Assembly (NCBI GenBank): GCA_011049545.1
Contig: DRHQ01000080.1
Location: 6,679-70,678 of the forward strand
Length of the DNA stretch: 64,000 nucleotides
From: Candidatus Aminicenantes bacterium
Lineage (GTDB): Bacteria > Acidobacteriota > Aminicenantia > Aminicenantales > Aminicenantaceae
Direction: 5' to 3'
Each line of letters opens with the position of its first letter. The stretch's first letter is position 1. The notes beneath the pieces are model-generated. The model saw only the letters and a list, made by a program, of their open reading frames with translations. It was not told the DNA's origin and made no database searches. This document shows positions 58,050 to 64,000 of this stretch, one piece after another. A program made the position numbers and the translations under genes.

Positions 58050-59798
58050 TTAAAGATTCACGGTTAAATATTTATTTTCATCCAATTCCTTTACTTTTTC
58101 AAGGAATTCATTAACAACTACTTCACCTTTATCGCCCTGAGTATGAACTCTCAGGGAAGCTGTTCCCTTAGTGACTTCTTTATCCCCCACAACTAGAATG
58201 AGAGGAATCTTATGAATTTCGGCATCCCTGATTTTATAGCCGACTTTTTCCCGGCGAAGGTCCACGCATGATCTTAACCCATTTTCTTTGAATGTTTTAT
58301 CTAAAGAAGTCGCATAATCATTATGCCTCTCTGCAACAGGGATAATGATCATTTGGACAGGGGCAAGCCAGACAGGGAAATTTCCTTTGTAGTGCTCGAT
58401 CAAGACACCAAAGAATCTTTCAAGTGAGCCCAGGATTGCCCTGTGAATGAGAAAAGGACTGTGGCGCTTCCCGTCTTCGCCCACATAGCTCAAATCAAAC
58501 CTTTCAGCCAGATTAAAATCAAGCTGGATGGTTGTGCACTGCCAGGACCTCCGCAAAGCATCTTTTATTTTGATATCTATTTTAGGCCCGTAAAAAACTC
58601 CTTCTCCCTCATCCACCTGAAAATCAAGTTTTGCAGCCTTCAGGGCTTTCTCCAGAGCTTGAGTCGCTTTCTCCCAATCCTCAATCTTTCCCACATATTT
58701 TTCAGGAATGGTGGAAAGAAAGACTTCATACTCTCTAAATCCAAAGGTTTTCAAAATTCGTAAAGCCAGAAAGATGACGCGCTTTATCTCTTCTTCAAGT
58801 TGATCGGGGAGGCAGAAGATATGAGCATCATCCTGGGTGAACCCTCTGACCCGCATAAGTCCATGGAGAACTCCACTCCGCTCGTAACGGTAAACTGTTC
58901 CCAGTTCCGCCCATCTTATGGGCAAATCACGATAGCTTCGCTGCCTGGAGTTGAAAACCATGATATGGAAAGGGCAATTCATGGGTTTAAGTTCGTACTC
59001 AATTTCATCGCTCTGCATTGGAGGGTACATGGCATCATAAAACTCCGTGTGCCCACTTTTCCTCCAAACATCAAGCTTGGCTACGTGGGGCGTGTAGAGA
59101 AAATCGTAGCCGTCTTTCAGATGCTCTTCCCTCCAATAGGACTCGATAACGTGCCTGACAGCAGCTCCTTTGGGATGCCAGAGAATCAATCCAGCTCCCA
59201 AATCCTCATGGGAACTGAAAAGGTCCAGTTCAGTGCCGAGCTTCCTGTGGTCTCTTTTTTTAGCTTCCTCCAAGAGAGTGAGATAATCATTTAAGTCTTT
59301 CTTCGTAAAAAAAACAGTCCCGTAGATTCTTTGAAGCTGCTTTCCCTGTTCGTCTCCTTTCCAGTAAGCACCTGATACAGAAAGAAGCTTGAAGTGCTTG
59401 ATCTGGCCTGCGGAGGAAACATGAGGGCCTAAACAGAAATCCATAAAACTTCCCTGCTCATAGCAGGTCACCTCTTTGTCGCCTTTCTCCTGGATAAGCT
59501 CTACTTTTAGCTCCTGACCCTGTTCCTTGAAAAGGCGAAGAGCTTCTTTCTTAGGAAGGATTCGTTTTTTAATGGGAATATCCTGTTGAGAGAGCTCCCT
59601 CATTTTTTTTTCGATCGCTGCGAGATCCTCGGGGGTAAAGGGTTTATCTCTTAAAAAATCATAGAAAAATCCATCCTCTACTGCTGGTCCAATCCCTGTT
59701 TGGGTCTTCGGAAAAAGATCAAGAACAGCGTGGGCCATAAGATGGGCAGAGCTGTGCCTTAGTACGTCTAGAGCCTCATCAGATCCTTCGTCAATCAA
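58050..59798 (-). CDS. thrS: Threonine--tRNA ligase body (editing + catalytic + anticodon-binding), lacking the TGS domain
   Basis: LRHSSAHLMAHAV (editing-domain HxxxH) and class II motifs. TTG start directly after an in-frame TAG, with an AAGGAG RBS. Confidence 0.9.
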   Translation of the reverse strand: MIDEGSDEALDVLRHSSAHLMAHAVLDLFPKTQTGIGPAVEDGFFYDFLRDKPFTPEDLAAIEKKMRELSQQDIPIKKRILPKKEALRLFKEQGQELKVELIQEKGDKEVTCYEQGSFMDFCLGPHVSSAGQIKHFKLLSVSGAYWKGDEQGKQLQRIYGTVFFTKKDLNDYLTLLEEAKKRDHRKLGTELDLFSSHEDLGAGLILWHPKGAAVRHVIESYWREEHLKDGYDFLYTPHVAKLDVWRKSGHTEFYDAMYPPMQSDEIEYELKPMNCPFHIMVFNSRQRSYRDLPIRWAELGTVYRYERSGVLHGLMRVRGFTQDDAHIFCLPDQLEEEIKRVIFLALRILKTFGFREYEVFLSTIPEKYVGKIEDWEKATQALEKALKAAKLDFQVDEGEGVFYGPKIDIKIKDALRRSWQCTTIQLDFNLAERFDLSYVGEDGKRHSPFLIHRAILGSLERFFGVLIEHYKGNFPVWLAPVQMIIIPVAERHNDYATSLDKTFKENGLRSCVDLRREKVGYKIRDAEIHKIPLILVVGDKEVTKGTASLRVHTQGDKGEVVVNEFLEKVKELDENKYLTVNL

Positions 59799-59851
59799 CT
59801 AAATCTCCTTATCTTGAAAAAAATGAAAAAATAAAAAATTGTGAAAAAATT

Positions 59852-59905
59852 GGGGCCAGGCTCCAATTATTTTACCTTATCTTGAAAAAAATGGAGCCTG
59901 GCCCC
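59852..59905. repeat. Family B inverted pair inside the thrS interruption
   Basis: GGGGCCAGGCTCCAATT ... TGGAGCCTGGCCCCAATT. It is flanked by a 19-nt direct repeat CCTTATCTTGAAAAAAATG (59807 and 59875). Confidence 0.85.
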
Positions 59906-60103
59906 AATTATTATTCTTTGCAATAGTATATCAAAAGAAAATGGGGACAGGCTACTTTTTCTTTCCACTATCTGTTCGTCTATCTTGGCGCAGAGAGGCT
60001 CATGGGGCAGCTTGAGACGGGGGATTAAATCGGAAAGTATTGTACCTTTCTTAATCGAAAAAAAAGACCTCTCTGCCTTAGCTTTAACCGATTCAACCAT
60101 CAA
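59867..60103 (-). pseudogene. thrS: Detached thrS 5' fragment encoding the TGS domain, reading into repeat DNA
   Basis: ...ERSFFSIKKGTILSDLIPRLKLPHEPLCAKIDEQIVE aligns by eye with ThrRS N-termini (..G.T..D.A..I...L....LA..V.G.LVD). The ORF then runs through the family A copy and stops in the family B copy. Confidence 0.6.
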
Positions 60104-60181
60104 AATCTATCTGTATCCAACATAGGAGGCGAAGCAACTTATCTCTTTCACTCTTTCTCATAAATACGCACTCCTTATAAA

Positions 60182-60256
60182 TGGTAGGCGCGGAGGGGAT
60201 CGAACCCTCGACTTCTTCCGCGTCAAGGAAGCACTCTCCCACTGAGCTACGCGCCT
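60182..60256 (-). tRNA. tRNA-Val (anticodon GAC), CCA encoded
   Basis: The reverse complement AGGCGCG-TA-GCTC-AGTGGGA-GAGT-G-CTTCC-TTGACGC-GGAAG-AAGTC-GAGGG-TTCGATC-CCCTC-CGCGCCT-A-CCA folds as a 75-nt cloverleaf. Confidence 0.9.
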
Positions 60257-60276
60257 ATTCCTTTCAGGCTATGTAT

Positions 60277-60306
60277 ATACTAAGTAATTTACTCTATTAG
60301 TGTCAA
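60277..60306 (-). promoter_or_regulatory. Candidate promoter for tRNA-Val
   Basis: On the minus strand: TTGACA (60306..60301), 18 nt spacer, TAGTAT (60282..60277), about 20 nt before the tRNA 5' end. Confidence 0.4.
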
Positions 60307-60345
60307 TAGTATCTGGGTAGATACAGGGCAGGTACGGGGTCAGAC

Positions 60346-60428
60346 CTTTCAAACTTTTATTGTTATCAGATTATCGATAAATCATATTGCTCCGGATTTA
60401 TTAATGCAAGTTTGATAGGCCTGATCCC
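60346..60428. mobile_element. MITE-like element, family D variant
   Basis: GGGGTCAGACCTTTCAAACTT ... CAAGTTTGATAGGCCTGATCCC. Confidence 0.55.
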
Positions 60429-60516
60429 AATATGCCGATGACATCCGATGAAATTAGACAATTACGCCTCATTTCTTTAGAATAAATGCGAGGAATATCC
60501 CTTAAGGAAAGAAAGA

Positions 60517-60999
60517 ATGATAGGAATCATGGCCGATACTCACGATAATTTGCATTCTATCAAACGGGCTATCAGTTTGTTCAATGAAACAGAGTGCAGT
60601 CTGGTTATTCATGCTGGAGACTTTGTTGCTCCCTTTACTGCTCGAGAGCTTGAAAATCTAAACTGCCCGGTGAAAGCTGTTTTTGGAAACTGTGATGGAG
60701 AAAAAAAAGGGCTGGAGGAAGTTTTTCACCCCCTTGGAGAGATAAGAAAAGCCCCTCTGGTCTTCAATCATGAGAACCTCCATTTCCTGGTCACCCATAT
60801 TCCTGCGGCCCGGGGCTTTTACCCTGCCTCTGAGAAGTACGACGTTATAATTTTTGCCCATACTCACAAGCCAGAGGTAAGACACGAGAAAAAAATACTG
60901 CTCATCAATCCGGGAGAAGCAGGAGGGTGGGTTTCAGGCAAAAGCACCGTGGCTCTTTTGGACCCAAAAACTTTATCCGCAGACATCATCACATTATGA
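60517..60999 (+). CDS. MJ0936/YfcE-family metallophosphoesterase
   Basis: IGIMADTHDN, IHAGDF, GNCDG and AHTH. Confidence 0.85.
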   Translation: MIGIMADTHDNLHSIKRAISLFNETECSLVIHAGDFVAPFTARELENLNCPVKAVFGNCDGEKKGLEEVFHPLGEIRKAPLVFNHENLHFLVTHIPAARGFYPASEKYDVIIFAHTHKPEVRHEKKILLINPGEAGGWVSGKSTVALLDPKTLSADIITL

Positions 61000-61300
61000 G
61001 ATAAAAATGGGGACTGTAAAAATGTGTGTAAAAATAGGGACAGCCCCCGTTTTTTGCGGATTTTTCGTGCTGTCCCCACTCTTCGTTATTTAGAGAGGAC
61101 AAACACCATGCCTCGACAAATAAACAGACGTCAAAAACCAACCTGGCAGAAACTCCGAAAGCATTATCCCGCCCCTCCTAAATCACGGTCGCCCAAGGGA
61201 AGTAAAAAAGGGTCCGATAGAAAAAAGAAACCGGGGACGTTACTCTTCTTTGCTAAATCGAGCCGCTGTATTAGCTATAAATCATTGATATATTTTAAAA

Positions 61301-61328
61301 GGTGGGCTTGATAAATCAAGCCCCTACA
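61301..61328. repeat. Family C hairpin repeat
   Basis: GGTGGGCTTGATAAATCAAGCCCCTACA. A degenerate relative lies at 61370..61399, a family D solo arm at 61421..61449, and a family A variant at 61476..61491. Confidence 0.85.
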
Positions 61329-61514
61329 TAAGATAAACCAAATCCTGCACCATTTATCCTGCACCATAAGTGCGCGCTTGATGAATCGAGCCGCTGCAAG
61401 TGAAAAAAAGGCATGACCGCAATAACTCAAGTTTCGCAAGTCTGACCCCATTGCTTATTGCTCGGTAACAGGAATAAAGTTGCCTGTCCCCTTTTTCACT
61501 CTGTTTCACTCTGT

Positions 61515-61543
61515 TTGCATAATTTAGAGACCTGTATTATACT
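61515..61543 (+). promoter_or_regulatory. Candidate sigma70-type promoter for the 61572 operon
   Basis: TTGCAT (61515), 17 nt spacer, TATACT (61538). An AAGGAG RBS precedes ATG 61572. Confidence 0.45.
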
Positions 61544-61571
61544 TAATTTCTTTTTTTAAGGAGATATACAG

Positions 61572-62876
61572 ATGAAAAAAGTCCTAATAATGGGTGCTGC
61601 AGGAAGAGATTTCCACAACTTTAATGTGTATTTTAGAGACAAAGAAGAATACCGGGTTGTGGCTTTCACTGCCACCCAGATCCCTGACATTGAAGACAGA
61701 AAATACCCTTCTGCTCTTGCTGGAAAGTTCTATCCGGACGGTATCCCAATCTACCCTGAGGAAGAGCTTTCTTCGCTCATCGGTAAAAATGAGATCTCAG
61801 AGGTTTTTTTCGCTTACAGCGATGTTTCTCATGAATACATCATGCACAAGGCATCACAGGTGTTAGCAGAGGGTGCAAGTTTTACTCTCCTTGGTCCTCA
61901 GGAGACGATGATAAAGAGCAACCTTCCTCTTATATCGATCTGTGCTGTCCGGACTGGATGTGGAAAAAGCCAGACAAGCCGAAAAATCGCTCTTATCCTC
62001 AAAGAAAAAGGAAGAAGAGTTGTCATCATCCGCCATCCCATGCCTTATGGAGATCTAGTCAAACAGAAAGTACAGCGCTTTGCCACCTACGAGGATATGA
62101 TAAAACATGAATGCACAATTGAGGAAATGGAAGAATACGAAACCCATATCAAGGAAGGTATTGTGGTCTATGCCGGCGTAGACTATGGGGCCATCCTGGA
62201 AGAGGCCGAAAAGGAAGCGGATATTATTCTTTGGGACGGAGGGAACAACGATTTTTCCTTTTATAAGGCAGATTTAGAAATAGTAGTTGTCGACCCTCAC
62301 CGGCCAGGCCATGAACTCCGGTACCATCCTGGTGAGACGAATTTTAGAAGAGCTCAGGTTCTCGTGATCAACAAGATAGATAGTGCTGAAAAGGAAAAAC
62401 TAGCGGATCTTCTTCAAAACATCAAGGAATTCAATTCCGAAGCCACCATAATTCGTGCTAACTCCAAGATAATTGTTCCAGAAGGAAAGGATATTGCCGG
62501 AAAGACAGTCCTTGTTATCGAAGACGGACCAACACTGACCCATGGGGAGATGCCTTACGGTGCAGGATTACTTGCTGCCGAAAAATACGGAGCTTCAAAA
62601 ATTGTAGATCCCAGACCTTTTGCGGTAGGAAGCATTAAGGCAGCGTACCAAAAATTCACCCATCTAGATAAAATCCTTCCCGCCCTGGGTTACGGAAAAA
62701 AACAGATGGCTGAGCTTACTCAAACCATTGATAAAGTCGGCTGCGACCTCGTCGTCAGCGGGACTCCTATTGATCTCGGCCGGTTGATCAAAACAAATAA
62801 AAGAATTCTTCGGGTCACATATGAACTGGAAGAAATCGGATCTCCTGATCTTAATGAGGTTCTGCGAGAATTCTGA
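61572..62876 (+). CDS. COG2403-type predicted P-loop GTPase / cyclic 2,3-diphosphoglycerate synthetase-like protein
   Basis: VLIMGAAGRDFHNFNVYFR, AVRTGCGKSQTSR, IRHPMPYGDL and LWDGGNND. Family recalled from memory, not searched. Confidence 0.5.
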   Translation: MKKVLIMGAAGRDFHNFNVYFRDKEEYRVVAFTATQIPDIEDRKYPSALAGKFYPDGIPIYPEEELSSLIGKNEISEVFFAYSDVSHEYIMHKASQVLAEGASFTLLGPQETMIKSNLPLISICAVRTGCGKSQTSRKIALILKEKGRRVVIIRHPMPYGDLVKQKVQRFATYEDMIKHECTIEEMEEYETHIKEGIVVYAGVDYGAILEEAEKEADIILWDGGNNDFSFYKADLEIVVVDPHRPGHELRYHPGETNFRRAQVLVINKIDSAEKEKLADLLQNIKEFNSEATIIRANSKIIVPEGKDIAGKTVLVIEDGPTLTHGEMPYGAGLLAAEKYGASKIVDPRPFAVGSIKAAYQKFTHLDKILPALGYGKKQMAELTQTIDKVGCDLVVSGTPIDLGRLIKTNKRILRVTYELEEIGSPDLNEVLREF

Positions 62877-63826
62877 TGAAGAGAAAGATTGCTCTTATAG
62901 CCTTCGGTGGAAATGCTATTCTCCCAGGAACCCAGCGAGGACTTCAATCAGAGCAGACTAAAAATGCTCAAAAAGCAGCCCAGCTCATGATTTATATAGT
63001 GAAAAAAGGTTACGATCTGATCGTTGTTCATGGCAACGGCCCTCAAGTCGGTAATCTTCTTATTCAGATGGAAGAATCGATCACCAAAGTCCCACCTTTT
63101 TCCCTAGAAGTCTGCGATGCCATGACAGAAGGGAGCATGGGCTTTATGCTCGAGAAGGCCATGGTTAACGAACTGCGCAAAAATTCCGTGGATAAGGACG
63201 TAGCTACGCTGATCACCCAGGTCGTCGTCGACAGGGAAGATCAGGCTTTTAAAAACCCGACCAAACCTATCGGTCCCTTTTACACGAAATCCAGAGCACA
63301 GATGCTTCGTAGAGAGAAAAAATGGGCAATGATAGAAGATTCTGGCCGTGGCTACCGCAAAGTTGTCCCTTCTCCCAAGCCAATCGATGTTATTCCCAAA
63401 AGAATCATCCGGGAATTAGTGCACTCGGGAAAGATCGTTATTGCCGTGGGTGGGGGAGGCATTCCCGTCATTATTAACGGCCGAGGATTTCTTGAGGGAG
63501 TAGAGGCGGTTATCGACAAAGATTATGCTGCAAGCCTTGTCGCCCGAGAAGTTAAGGCAGACCTATTTATAATCTTAACCAATGTGAATCGCGTCTGTCT
63601 TAATTTCGGCACGCCTGATGAAGAGCCAATAGGAGTTATGACAGTTAAGCAGGCTGAAGAACACATCTCTCAGGGACAGTTCCCTCCAGGTTCAATGGGC
63701 CCTAAAATCAAAGCAGCGATTGAATATATCCAGGATGGAGGAAAAGAAGTTTTGATAACCTCAGCTAATCACCTCAAAGCTTCTTTGATCAATCGTTCAG
63801 GAACAAAAATCAAAAATGCACTATAG
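62876..63826 (+). CDS. arcC: Carbamate kinase
   Basis: IALIAFGGNAIL, VVHGNGPQVG and AVGGGGIPV. Confidence 0.9.
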   Translation: MKRKIALIAFGGNAILPGTQRGLQSEQTKNAQKAAQLMIYIVKKGYDLIVVHGNGPQVGNLLIQMEESITKVPPFSLEVCDAMTEGSMGFMLEKAMVNELRKNSVDKDVATLITQVVVDREDQAFKNPTKPIGPFYTKSRAQMLRREKKWAMIEDSGRGYRKVVPSPKPIDVIPKRIIRELVHSGKIVIAVGGGGIPVIINGRGFLEGVEAVIDKDYAASLVAREVKADLFIILTNVNRVCLNFGTPDEEPIGVMTVKQAEEHISQGQFPPGSMGPKIKAAIEYIQDGGKEVLITSANHLKASLINRSGTKIKNAL

Positions 63827-63834
63827 GAAAAAAA

Positions 63835-64000
63835 ATGCTTGATAATTTTATTTCTATCCATGATTTAACCCTTTATCAGTTTAGCAAAATTCTAGACATC
63901 TCGAGGGAAATAAAAGACAATCCCCACCGTTTCCGTAATAAACTCAAAGGAAAAATCCTGGCCATGATATTTCAAAAGCCTTCTTTACGAACCAGGATGA
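63835..64000 (+). CDS. Ornithine/putrescine carbamoyltransferase family, 5' part (runs off window)
   Basis: My translation MLDNFISIHDLTLYQFSKILDISREIKDNPHRFRNKLKGKILAMIFQKPSLRTRM contains the F.KPS.RTR carbamoyl-phosphate motif. Confidence 0.8.
   Translation, partial: MLDNFISIHDLTLYQFSKILDISREIKDNPHRFRNKLKGKILAMIFQKPSLRTRM

Noticed and set aside
61108-61311. A 67-aa very basic ORF (MPRQINRRQKPTWQKLRKHYPAPPKSRSPKGSKKGSDRKKKPG...) with a GAGAGG upstream.
   Set aside because: Its C-terminal third is encoded by repeat copies, there is no recognisable family, and it sits in a repeat-dense gap. It may be a gene fragment, but the call cannot be supported.

Overview
AT-rich bacterial chromosome segment of diderm type. 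lpxD is present, and the rny-ymdB, xseA-xseB-ispA-dxs-tlyA-nadK and thrS-infC-rpmI-rplT-pheS-pheT-zapBA gene orders are conserved.

Layout:
- nt 1-34.8 kb: one co-directional (+) surface-glycan locus. It holds a GT-C-like membrane protein with three tandem Fn3-like modules, two Wzz paralogs bracketing the locus, Wzx, a Wzy/ligase-family protein, a PglC-like priming transferase, a CapD/PglF dehydratase, two GT4 enzymes and three methyltransferases. It also holds a nonulosonic-acid (legionaminic/sialic-type) module (NeuB, NeuC, CBS-nucleotidyltransferase, LegB-like dehydratase, SDR, Gfo/Idh/MocA) whose CMP-sugar synthetase gene is reduced to a two-frame remnant. A split transketolase, TylF-like methyltransferase, DegT aminotransferase and class-III aminotransferase form a tailoring block.
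- 34.9-38.8 kb: atpZ-atpI-atpB-atpE, a YihY-family gene and lpxD.
- 39.0-40.8 kb: two convergent PIN-toxin TA pairs.
- 40.8-60.3 kb: minus-strand housekeeping genes (trxBA, glgA, nadK, tlyA, dxs, ispA, xseBA, ymdB, rny, zapAB, pheTS, rplT, rpmI, infC, thrS) ending at tRNA-Val(GAC).
- 60.5-64 kb: MJ0936-type phosphoesterase, a COG2403-like P-loop protein, carbamate kinase and the start of a carbamoyltransferase.

The least ordinary signals:
1. Several families of short GC-rich hairpin/MITE-like repeats litter the intergenic DNA. One copy sits in-frame inside the atpI-like gene. A nested block separates the TGS-domain coding part of thrS from the rest of the gene.
2. The glycan locus has an ops-like leader motif, a decayed neuA, and an unusual ThDP/aminotransferase tailoring block.
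3. The ATP synthase c subunit has a Na+-type ligand signature.

All family calls rest on motif recognition by eye. No searches or folding computations were run.
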